IMG/VR virus record: IMGVR_UViG_2713896785_000025 | Strand: one strand, 5' to 3' | From: a virus | Taxonomy: Duplodnaviria; Heunggongvirae; Uroviricota; Caudoviricetes | DNA length: 12,187 bases | Shown: one piece after another, positions 1 to 6,939 of the stretch | Layout of the letters: each line of letters opens with the position of its first letter | Numbering within the stretch: the first letter of the stretch is position 1 | Made by a program: the position numbers and the translations under genes | The notes under the pieces: model-generated | Seen by the model: only the letters and a program-made list of their open reading frames with translations | What the model was told of the DNA's origin: nothing | The model's database searches: none

Positions 1-1461
1 ATGAAAAAATTACTGCGTCTTTTTTTCCCGCTCTCACTGCGGGTACGTTTTCTGTTGGCAACGGCTGCGGTAGTACTGGTGCTTTCGCTTGCCTACGGAA
101 TGGTCGCGCTGATCGGTTATAGCGTCAGTTTCGATAAAACTACGTTTCGGCTGTTACGTGGCGAGAGCAATCTGTTCTATACCCTTGCGAAGTGGGAAAA
201 CAATAAGTTGCATGTCGAGTTACCCGAAAATATCGACAAGCAAAGCCCTACCATGACGCTAATTTATGATGAGAACGGGCAGCTTTTATGGGCGCAACGT
301 GACGTGCCCTGGCTGATGAAGATGATCCAGCCTGACTGGCTGAAATCGAATGGTTTTCATGAAATTGAAGCGGATGTTAACGATACCAGCCTCTTGCTGA
401 GTGGAGATCATTCGATACAGCAACAGTTGCAGGAAGTGCGGGAAGATGATGACGACGCGGAGATGACCCACTCGGTGGCAGTAAACGTCTACCCGGCAAC
501 ATCGCGGATGCCAAAATTAACCATTGTGGTGGTGGATACCATTCCGGTGGAGCTAAAAAGTTCCTATATGGTCTGGAGCTGGTTTATCTATGTGCTCTCA
601 GCCAATCTGCTGTTAGTGATCCCGCTGCTGTGGGTCGCCGCCTGGTGGAGTTTACGCCCCATCGAAGCCCTGGCAAAAGAAGTCCGCGAACTGGAAGAAC
701 ATAACCGCGAATTGCTCAATCCAGCCACAACGCGAGAACTGACCAGTCTGGTACGAAACCTGAACCGATTGTTAAAAAGTGAACGCGAACGTTACGACAA
801 ATACCGTACGACGCTCACCGACCTGACCCATAGTCTGAAAACGCCACTGGCGGTGCTGCAAAGTACGCTGCGTTCTCTGCGTAGTGAAAAGATGAGCGTC
901 AGTGATGCTGAGCCGGTAATGCTGGAGCAAATCAGCCGCATTTCACAGCAAATTGGCTACTACCTGCATCGTGCCAGTATGCGCGGCGGGACATTGCTCA
1001 GCCGCGAGCTGCATCCGGTCGCCCCACTGCTGGACAATCTCACCTCAGCGCTGAACAAAGTGTATCAACGCAAAGGGGTCAATATCTCTCTCGATATTTC
1101 GCCAGAGATCAGCTTTGTCGGTGAGCAGAACGATTTTGTCGAGGTGATGGGCAACGTGCTGGATAATGCCTGTAAATATTGCCTCGAGTTTGTCGAAATT
1201 TCTGCAAGGCAAACCGACGAGCATCTCTATATTGTGGTCGAGGATGATGGCCCCGGTATTCCATTAAGCAAGCGAGAGGTCATTTTCGACCGTGGTCAAC
1301 GGGTTGATACTTTACGCCCTGGGCAAGGTGTAGGGCTGGCGGTAGCCCGCGAAATCACCGAGCAATATGAGGGTAAAATCGTCGCCGGAGAGAGCATGCT
1401 GGGCGGTGCGCGGATGGAGGTGATTTTTGGTCGCCAGCATTCTGCGCCGAAAGATGAATAA
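1..1461 (+). CDS. phoQ: Sensor histidine kinase PhoQ (complete, 486 aa)
   Basis: Full-length ORF; sequence matches E. coli PhoQ as recalled (N-terminal TM segment, periplasmic acidic patch EDDDDAE, H-box [11 protein letters not shown], ATPase motifs DDGPGIP and GQGVGL). Stop TAA at 1459-1461. Confidence 0.96.
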   Translation: MKKLLRLFFPLSLRVRFLLATAAVVLVLSLAYGMVALIGYSVSFDKTTFRLLRGESNLFYTLAKWENNKLHVELPENIDKQSPTMTLIYDENGQLLWAQRDVPWLMKMIQPDWLKSNGFHEIEADVNDTSLLLSGDHSIQQQLQEVREDDDDAEMTHSVAVNVYPATSRMPKLTIVVVDTIPVELKSSYMVWSWFIYVLSANLLLVIPLLWVAAWWSLRPIEALAKEVRELEEHNRELLNPATTRELTSLVRNLNRLLKSERERYDKYRTTLTDLTHSLKTPLAVLQSTLRSLRSEKMSVSDAEPVMLEQISRISQQIGYYLHRASMRGGTLLSRELHPVAPLLDNLTSALNKVYQRKGVNISLDISPEISFVGEQNDFVEVMGNVLDNACKYCLEFVEISARQTDEHLYIVVEDDGPGIPLSKREVIFDRGQRVDTLRPGQGVGLAVAREITEQYEGKIVAGESMLGGARMEVIFGRQHSAPKDE

Positions 1462-2062
1462 ATATGTCCTTTTATCACCACAGCAAGGCAACCCATTGAT
1501 TTAATTAAACAACACACACTGCAAAAAGTGCTAAAAACAGCAAATTGACTACACCATTAACTACACCGTTCGGTGCACTGTATGAAACAACGTGGAACAA
1601 ATAGACACAAGAAATATACAGGCGGGTAATCTTTCCAGGGGGAAGCGCACCAATTCATGAGGGGCGTTAATGTCGATATGGGGATCCCCATAACGGGGCT
1701 ACCGGATTTTTTTTCCGGTTAACTGTTAATCAGGCTGGTGGGTTTTACCTGTTCGGTAGGTGTTATGATTATCGTAATACCTTTCCCCCAGTGGGGTAAA
1801 AGCTCCAACCGTAACGATGTTCGTTGTGGTTGCCTTGATGGTCTGCGTGGTCATTATGACCATTCAGAATATGAAGGGTGACGCTTCCGACTTCCTCAAA
1901 TTGAGGTTTCCGAAAATATCAGCGGGTTAGCGATTAATCTGACCATTAATTAAACTACGAAAATTTCGTAGTTTGTGAATATATTCCGGCCTTCTGGTTA
2001 ACAGTCCTCAGATGTGAGGGATGTAGCCAGCGCAATTTTGCGTTATCGGGAATATCAGCAAG

Positions 2063-2344
2063 TTACCGCCGCAGCCGTTCCGGCTTCTTCCAGTGGTACG
2101 TTATTTTTTCTTTCTCCCGATACAGTTCAACGCGGCGATTGTAGGCCAGCATTTCAAGAACGCGGTTCCGTATGTTGCGCATATCAACGCCATTAAGTTC
2201 TATACCATCACGGCGCATCACTTCCGCTACAACACGCACATAATTTTCAGCGGTCACGCTGTCCGGCTGTGTGGCCTGTTCGTCATGCTGCTGGCTGATT
2301 CCGGCGACGCGGCGGATTAATCCCAGTAGTTCGGCTTCTGTCAT
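2063..2344 (-). CDS. Hypothetical protein (93 aa), last gene of island, just beyond cos
   Basis: ORF with ATG at 2342-2344 (rc) preceded by G-rich SD (GGGGG, 4 nt spacer). No recognisable motif. Confidence 0.55.
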   Translation of the reverse strand: MTEAELLGLIRRVAGISQQHDEQATQPDSVTAENYVRVVAEVMRRDGIELNGVDMRNIRNRVLEMLAYNRRVELYREKEKITYHWKKPERLRR

Positions 2345-2376
2345 TGTGCCCCCATCGCTCTGATAGTCTGGTGTCG

Positions 2377-2572
2377 TCGGGTCCTTCCTGGAATTATGGT
2401 CCGTTACGGGGCGGCGACCTCGCGGTTTTTATCTGTTTATGAGAATTTTCCGGCAAAAGTCAGATCCGATCTTCTTCTCTGTAACAGACTGTTTAACAAC
2501 GAAAATATTAAAAAAAGAAAGGATCTGACACGAGGCATTTTAGCCAGAAAATGCCATTATCAGATCCTTTCT
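2377..2572 (+). other. Lambda-type cos site (cos1): cosQ-like flank, cosN GGGCGGCGACCT at 2409-2420, cosB-like R elements at 2460-2479, 2516-2528 (inverted), 2560-2572
   Basis: 12-nt overhang sequence identical to lambda cosN as recalled; flanks GTTACG / CGCGG..TTTATGA.AATTTTCCGG resemble the lambda left end; three repeats of TCAGATCC(G/T)(A/T)TCT in R3/R2(inverted)/R1 layout with hairpin 2534-2555 between R2 and R1. Confidence 0.8.
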
Positions 2573-2599
2573 CATTTTTGTTCAATAATTGCGCGTCTG

Positions 2600-3142
2600 T
2601 TACTCGCCTTTCTTCTGTAGCAACTTTTCCGGTACGTTTCCGGTTGTTTCTTTCAAGTAATCAGCCAGTATCTGTGGGAGGTTGTCGGCAACTCTGGCAC
2701 TGGCATTACAGGCTTTAACCACTTCCCTTTTAAGCCTGTCCAGCATGGCGGGGGGAATCTGTGGGAAGCTCCTTTGCATAGTAAGCGGGAGGATGTCCAT
2801 GATTGATGAAATCTGACTCGCCAGCTTTGAAAGCGCGTACAGGCAAAACTCAGTATCAATCACGTCACCGCGATCGCGATCGTTTTTAAGTTCCTGCGCC
2901 TCTGCCTGTGCTGTCAGTAATCTGATCCTGACTCGTAAAAGTTCATCATCGTCAATCTCGCCTTTGTCGTTTATAAGCTGGCTAATTGCATTGTTAACCC
3001 TATTTTCTATCACGCTGGCAACATCATAAAACGCCTCACGGCCTTTACGCTCAACGGGAGTTACTCCCCACTTGTCGAACGCTGTCGCACTTACACGGCA
3101 GCTTTTCGCCATGTTTTTTTTGTTCATCAGATGAGATTTCAT
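2600..3142 (-). CDS. Terminase small subunit, lambda Nu1-like (180 aa)
   Basis: Blocks shared with lambda Nu1 as recalled: NKK near N-terminus, LT(A/R)AQA(E/D)AQELKN.RD, (E/A)FC..(A/V)LS, ILPL(T/S)(M/V)QR.FP, LKR(E/D)(V/I)(V/I)KA. SD-like GGTG before ATG 3140-3142. Confidence 0.85.
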   Translation of the reverse strand: MKSHLMNKKNMAKSCRVSATAFDKWGVTPVERKGREAFYDVASVIENRVNNAISQLINDKGEIDDDELLRVRIRLLTAQAEAQELKNDRDRGDVIDTEFCLYALSKLASQISSIMDILPLTMQRSFPQIPPAMLDRLKREVVKACNASARVADNLPQILADYLKETTGNVPEKLLQKKGE

Positions 3143-3250
3143 TAATACACCAACTTAATTACTGCTTCAGGTTGGTGTATTGCTTGCATCTTTCCCTTTT
3201 CATTCATAAAGATAGATCAAACAACAAAACCACCACCACCCCCCTGAAAA

Positions 3251-3319
3251 GGCTCATAAATAGCGAAAATCCGCGAGGTCTCCGCCCCGTAACAGGTCCA
3301 TATGCCGGAAAGGACCCGC
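3251..3319 (-). other. Second lambda-type cos (cos2) in minus orientation: cosQ-like flank, cosN-like GGGCGGAGACCT (rc of 3276-3287, one mismatch), proximal cosB-like sequence, about 135 bp upstream of terS start
   Basis: Minus strand reads GCGGGTCCTTTCCGGCATATGGACCTGTTACG GGGCGGAGACCT CGCGGATTTTCGCTATTTATGA, closely matching the lambda right-end/left-end junction as recalled. Confidence 0.7.
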
Positions 3320-3341
3320 AAAAAAGCCGGATTTCTCCGGC
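3320..3341 (-). terminator. Intrinsic terminator (copy 1 of a thrice-repeated motif)
   Basis: Minus-strand RNA: hairpin GCCGGAGAAAUCCGGC followed by U6; 7 nt downstream of stop of gene 3348-3761. Confidence 0.6.
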
Positions 3342-3347
3342 CTTGTC

Positions 3348-3761
3348 TCAGATGGTTTTCAGTATGCGATCGATGTCGCCGTCATCGCCCGGGTTTCTGC
3401 CATCGTATGCCATGCCAGCTGATACGGCTTGTGGGCTGTGCATGTCCATAAAGTTTTCAAAGGCTGCGGTAAGCTCTGGTGCAACCTTCGGGCGTTCCTG
3501 CTCTATGGTCATGTTCAGGATGTTTTTAGCCGTATCAACATCAATACAAGGCACGTTTGCCATTGCACGTAACAGCGGCTGATAGTCGTCAGATTCATGA
3601 AGCGCCATAATCGCATCAGCGCGCGGCTTGTCCTTCTCTTCCAGGCTGTTAAGTTGATATACGGCCTCGTAGGTTGATAAACCTCTGTCAGCCATTGCCC
3701 GCGCTTCGGCTTTAAATTTACTCGCCAGCGGTAGCGTCATGATACTTTCATTCGTTGCCAT
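3348..3761 (-). CDS. Hypothetical protein (137 aa), between decoration gene and terS
   Basis: ORF with SD-like AGGGGGA upstream of ATG; 12-nt gap after the upstream gene stop; no recognisable motif. Confidence 0.65.
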   Translation of the reverse strand: MATNESIMTLPLASKFKAEARAMADRGLSTYEAVYQLNSLEEKDKPRADAIMALHESDDYQPLLRAMANVPCIDVDTAKNILNMTIEQERPKVAPELTAAFENFMDMHSPQAVSAGMAYDGRNPGDDGDIDRILKTI

Positions 3762-3773
3762 CGTTCCCCCTGC

Positions 3774-4109
3774 TTATCGCGCCAGCGGCTGAACGGATAC
3801 GCCAGAACCCGCAAAGGCGGCGCATTTTTTCGCGTCGGTGTCGGCGCTCTCAGGCCAGTTAACGGCGGCAATATTGAATATCCCCGTCTTGTAGCACTGT
3901 GCTGATTTCTGCGTCGACGTGTCCACGGGGTACGAGGTCAGATAAACAGCCTTGCCAGATTCCTGACCATCCCACGGCTTAAACTCGCCATTTTCCGCCA
4001 GCATCAGCGGGGTAAATTCCTGAATAACGCCAGCATCAGCAGCAAAATGTACCAGCGTCGTGGATACCTGCTGACTACCTGCAAATAACTCAATGTATGG
4101 AGTGTCCAT
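3774..4109 (-). CDS. Head decoration protein, lambda gpD-like (111 aa)
   Basis: Motifs shared with lambda D as recalled: TPLML, WDG, YK(T/S)G(I/T)F, WPE, KK..AFAG; same length class; SD GGGGGGA in 12-nt spacer after MCP stop. Confidence 0.85.
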   Translation of the reverse strand: MDTPYIELFAGSQQVSTTLVHFAADAGVIQEFTPLMLAENGEFKPWDGQESGKAVYLTSYPVDTSTQKSAQCYKTGIFNIAAVNWPESADTDAKKCAAFAGSGVSVQPLAR

Positions 4110-4121
4110 AGAATCCCCCCG

Positions 4122-5177
4122 TTAACCAATTTTGACGGTAACAAATTTGCGAATATCTGCCGGTACCGGCTGCGGTGCGCTGTGCGTCTGCACGTACTCA
4201 ATCGCCGGATCGCCGTCCTCAATCCAGTTTTTCGGGTAAAACATGTTTTGCGTTGCGCCCGTTCTGACCGCTTCCTGATCCATAATCGCACCATAGGCCA
4301 CCAGCCCTTTATTGTTGGTGTTACCCAGGACCAGCAAATCAGGCTCAAGGAAATATTTTTCGGTGCCGTCGCTGTCAGTGTATTTGCCGGAATAGACGAC
4401 AAGGGCAATATCGCCCAGATAGCCTTTAAAGCTCACCACTTCACCCAGGTTTTTACAGGCCAGTTCTGCGGCGGATTCTGAACCACGGGAAAGGTCGTAC
4501 AGTTCGCGGAATTTTTTAAAGCTGCGTAACGTGCGCCATACTTCAGCGCCCATAATCATGACGTTTGCGGGGCAATTGCCCTGATCAGCATAAAGCTCGA
4601 TGTCATAGATTGGATCGTGTGTTTCTTTATCCAGCTCAGACCATTTTTTACCGTCAGCCTGTTCTATGATATTGCTTTCCGGGATCTTCCAGTCGATTTC
4701 ATAGCGTTCTATGCCTTCGCCCTCAATGAGGTTTTTTCCGGTCGTTACCGCATTCACCGCCAGCCATTCCACGCGTGCCTTAATGGCGTTTATCTGGCGG
4801 CGCATGTTGCCAGTAATCAGGCGCATACGGCGATAGGTAGGATCGTTAAGCTGTGCCGGATCTTCTCCAGCCATGCGCATGATGGTTTTTGTTGGATCGA
4901 TTTCGTGTTTGGGTTTCATGTAGCCTGGTTTAATCGTGCTGGTTTCGTACCCTTTATCGCGCTGGACCTGACTACCCACCATAGGCGAACAGAACGCTGA
5001 CATCGTAACCTCTTCAATGTCCAGGGTGTCCAGCATGATGTTCTGGGTGTTGAAGGTCGCCACGTTCGGGAAAAACAGCGTGGTAAACAGCGGACTGAAT
5101 TTAAATTCTGCAATATCCCCGCGATTCAGGTACGCGAAAAGCTGGTTAGTGTTAAGTGCCGTTGCTTTGCCTGCCAT
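4122..5177 (-). CDS. Major capsid protein, lambda gpE-like (351 aa)
   Basis: Motifs shared with lambda E as recalled: (K/E)FKF.PLF..LFF, PGY(V/M)KPKHE, EDP..L.DP.YRR.R, YSG.Y, YPKNW...GDPA, SAP. Strong SD GGAGGTGA; start overlaps upstream stop (TAATG). Confidence 0.9.
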   Translation of the reverse strand: MAGKATALNTNQLFAYLNRGDIAEFKFSPLFTTLFFPNVATFNTQNIMLDTLDIEEVTMSAFCSPMVGSQVQRDKGYETSTIKPGYMKPKHEIDPTKTIMRMAGEDPAQLNDPTYRRMRLITGNMRRQINAIKARVEWLAVNAVTTGKNLIEGEGIERYEIDWKIPESNIIEQADGKKWSELDKETHDPIYDIELYADQGNCPANVMIMGAEVWRTLRSFKKFRELYDLSRGSESAAELACKNLGEVVSFKGYLGDIALVVYSGKYTDSDGTEKYFLEPDLLVLGNTNNKGLVAYGAIMDQEAVRTGATQNMFYPKNWIEDGDPAIEYVQTHSAPQPVPADIRKFVTVKIG

Positions 5178-5383
5178 TATTCACCTCCATGCGTCTGATT
5201 CATGCCCAGCGCCGCGCGTAAATAGGCGCGGACCTGCCAGCCTGTTGACGGCTCAACCATCGCCAGCGGATCAAGTCCTGCCGCAATGCCTGCTTTTACG
5301 TTCTGCTGGTGGCGTTCCTTGAGCGCCTTCACGATGTCGGGGCTTATGTACACCGAAACACCGCCTTTTTTCTCTTCAGCCAT
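5177..5383 (-). CDS. Hypothetical protein (68 aa), first gene of capsid operon
   Basis: ORF with SD AGGA 7-9 nt upstream of ATG; stop overlaps MCP start codon. Confidence 0.6.
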   Translation of the reverse strand: MAEEKKGGVSVYISPDIVKALKERHQQNVKAGIAAGLDPLAMVEPSTGWQVRAYLRAALGMNQTHGGE

Positions 5384-5439
5384 AGTAAGAAATTCCTCTT
5401 CGACTTAAAAAATCATAACTGGATGTTTATCCAGTCCTG

Positions 5440-5467
5440 ATTATAATCAGAATTGCATTTTATGCAA
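5440..5467 (-). promoter_or_regulatory. Candidate sigma70 promoter for capsid operon (-10 TATAAT, -35 TTGCAT, 16-nt spacer) overlapping palindrome TTGCATTTTATGCAA
   Basis: Minus-strand hexamers read from rc of 5440-5445 and 5462-5467; inverted repeats at 5453-5467 and 5418-5435 (ACTGGAT-GTTT-ATCCAGT). Confidence 0.4.
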
Positions 5468-5548
5468 TGATATTGAGTTATGTTGCAAATTATGAAATGA
5501 TTATCCCGATCACGAACGCCAGTGCATCCAAAAACCTCATATGCAAAA

Positions 5549-5586
5549 GCCCGATAAGAACCCTCTGACCTTATCGGGCTTTTTTT
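5549..5586 (+). terminator. Hairpin plus T7 (10-bp stem GCCCGATAAG/CTTATCGGGC); strong on + strand, weaker on minus
   Basis: Perfect 10-bp inverted repeat with 11-nt loop followed by TTTTTTT on + strand; A-run on other side gives U4 on minus strand. Confidence 0.5.
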
Positions 5587-5592
5587 GGGCGC

Positions 5593-5614
5593 AAAAAAGC
5601 CGGATTGCTCCGGC
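5593..5614 (-). terminator. Intrinsic terminator (copy 2 of repeated motif)
   Basis: Minus-strand RNA: hairpin GCCGGAGCAAUCCGGC followed by U6; about 20 nt downstream of gene 5635-5859. Confidence 0.6.
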
Positions 5615-5634
5615 TATGTGTGCTGTGTGCTGGC

Positions 5635-5859
5635 TCAGTCTCTGATCTCTTTCAGAAATTCTATCAATGCATCTATCTGTTCAGGATTTACCGCCAGCAT
5701 TTCACCGGATAGAGCACATCTCACAAAACCATGCTGATCCTTTTCAATCAGTGCGCCCGTCTCCAGGAATGCGCGGTAATCATTGATGCTCATCGTCTCC
5801 ATGTTGTCAGCATGGTATTTATCACGCTGTTTTAATATCTCATCAAATTTCATCGGCAT
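5635..5859 (-). CDS. Hypothetical protein (74 aa), terminator-insulated cassette
   Basis: ORF with SD AGAGGA 9 nt upstream of ATG; no recognisable motif. Confidence 0.6.
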   Translation of the reverse strand: MPMKFDEILKQRDKYHADNMETMSINDYRAFLETGALIEKDQHGFVRCALSGEMLAVNPEQIDALIEFLKEIRD

Positions 5860-5955
5860 TGTTTTTTTCCTCTGTTGTGTCTGTTTGTTTCAGATAGTAA
5901 CTATGCCTGACCGTGACGAAAACCCGGTAATGCGCCATACCGTTTCAACTGGTGC

Positions 5956-5978
5956 AAAAAAAGCCGGATTTCTCCGGC
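5956..5978 (-). terminator. Intrinsic terminator (copy 3 of repeated motif)
   Basis: Minus-strand RNA: hairpin GCCGGAGAAAUCCGGC followed by U7; 8 nt downstream of stop of gene 5986-6258. Confidence 0.6.
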
Positions 5979-5985
5979 TGTTTGA

Positions 5986-6258
5986 TTAGCTGTCCTGGTA
6001 ATTGCGCCATATTTCATCACCAGCACCATCTATACCCATTTCGGCATAAGTGCGATCGACTGCCTTTTTCAGGTCTCCGAAATTATCCGGCGGCTCCGGT
6101 GCCCTCTGTGCCTTCCTTGAACATTCCAGCCGTCGCATCGTGATGTGATGCCGTTCCTTGTCTGTCTCCACCAGCTGCATGACTTCACCCCATCGCGCCG
6201 CCGCCCTCCGGTAAAAGCCTTTCGCCTCCAGTTCCTCCGCTATGCGGTCATGTACCAT
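5986..6258 (-). CDS. PerC-family transcriptional regulator-like protein (about 90 aa; start refined from the 130-aa track ORF)
   Basis: N-terminal motif D.IAEELEAKGFYRRAAARW typical of the PerC/Pch family as recalled; internal ATG at 6256-6258 has SD GAGGGGG 5 nt upstream, and the SSB stop codon lies within that SD. Confidence 0.6.
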   Translation of the reverse strand: MVHDRIAEELEAKGFYRRAAARWGEVMQLVETDKERHHITMRRLECSRKAQRAPEPPDNFGDLKKAVDRTYAEMGIDGAGDEIWRNYQDS

Positions 6259-6268
6259 CGTCACCCCC

Positions 6269-6679
6269 TCAGAACGAAATATCATCACCGTAAGGGTCAT
6301 CGCCTCCCGCTGGTGGCTGATTACCCTGTGTGCCTGTGGTTTTGCGTCTGTTCCCGCCTGGACGTGCCGCGCGGGCACTGATTACGCTGTCTGCGATAAC
6401 CTGCCAGCCCTGCCGCGTTTCTCCGTTCTGTCCGGTCCACTGGCTTACCTGCATCGTGCCGGATACGCTGGCAACATCGCCTTTTTGATGTTTAGCCAGG
6501 AAGTCGGCCTGTTTGCCAAATGCGATGACCGATAACCATAACGTCGCCTGTCCGTCCTGTGCCTGGCTGCATGGCAAAGATACCGCCATACGCGCCAGCG
6601 TCATCGGTGTGCCCTTGCTGGTCTGTTTTACCTGCGGGTCGTCCACCAGCCGCCCGTAAGCGGCTATCTGTGCCGTCAT
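6269..6679 (-). CDS. Single-stranded DNA-binding protein homolog (136 aa)
   Basis: OB-fold blocks align with E. coli SSB as recalled (GRL..DP, FGK.A, W..Q.G..R); Gly/Gln-rich linker; acidic C-terminal tail GDDISF (host tail is DDDIPF). SD GGAGAGGTGG; ATGA overlap with upstream gene. Confidence 0.8.
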   Translation of the reverse strand: MTAQIAAYGRLVDDPQVKQTSKGTPMTLARMAVSLPCSQAQDGQATLWLSVIAFGKQADFLAKHQKGDVASVSGTMQVSQWTGQNGETRQGWQVIADSVISARAARPGGNRRKTTGTQGNQPPAGGDDPYGDDISF

Positions 6680-6927
6680 AATTCCACCTCTCCGGTTTTA
6701 ACGTTGATGGTTGTTACCTGTTCCGCTTCGGCAATCTCCCGTTCTGTCAGCGTGGCAAAGTTTGCCGCCGCCGTGGTCATGAATGCGCTTATCAGGTCGG
6801 GATGTTCCTTCGCGTATCCTTCCCGCGTGTGGCGGTCTATCGTTCTGATTGCCACCTTTAAGGTGTGCTCAGTCATGTCTAACGCTTTATATTTTGGCTC
6901 TGTTCTGTCTCTGCGTTTTTGGGTCAT
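6676..6927 (-). CDS. Hypothetical protein (83 aa from ATG; track ORF uses GTG at 6957)
   Basis: ATG at 6925-6927 (rc) with GAGAGG 9 nt upstream; GTG start would place iterons inside the coding sequence. Confidence 0.5.
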   Translation of the reverse strand: MTQKRRDRTEPKYKALDMTEHTLKVAIRTIDRHTREGYAKEHPDLISAFMTTAAANFATLTEREIAEAEQVTTINVKTGEVEL

Positions 6928-6939
6928 TTCTCGCAACCT

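Noticed and set aside
1740-1900. Small ORFs in the junction (37 codons on + from about 1766; 45 codons on minus)
   Set aside because: Short, no SD, Thr-rich low-complexity translation; not enough evidence to call a gene.
1462-2062. tRNA or tmRNA as integration target next to the island end
   Set aside because: No T-arm-like GGTTCGAATCC-type motif or cloverleaf-compatible sequence found by eye in the junction.
2014-2344. Plus-strand ORFs 2014-2196 and 2093-2320 opposite the 93-aa gene
   Set aside because: Antisense overlaps of the minus-strand gene, which has an SD; no independent support.
2396-2620. 74-aa plus-strand ORF starting at ATG 2396
   Set aside because: It reads straight through cosN and all cosB R elements and into the terS 3' end; the region is better explained as the cos site.
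3348-3761. Assigning the 137-aa protein as a lambda FI-like packaging factor on the basis of its position near E/D
   Set aside because: No sequence similarity to lambda FI, FII or W as recalled, and the gene order differs from lambda; left as hypothetical.
4182-5322. Plus-strand ORFs 4182-4481, 4617-5000, 5017-5322 and minus-strand 4004-4408, 4916-5113
   Set aside because: All lie inside or antisense to the E-like and D-like capsid genes, which have strong homology and SD support; these are shadow ORFs.
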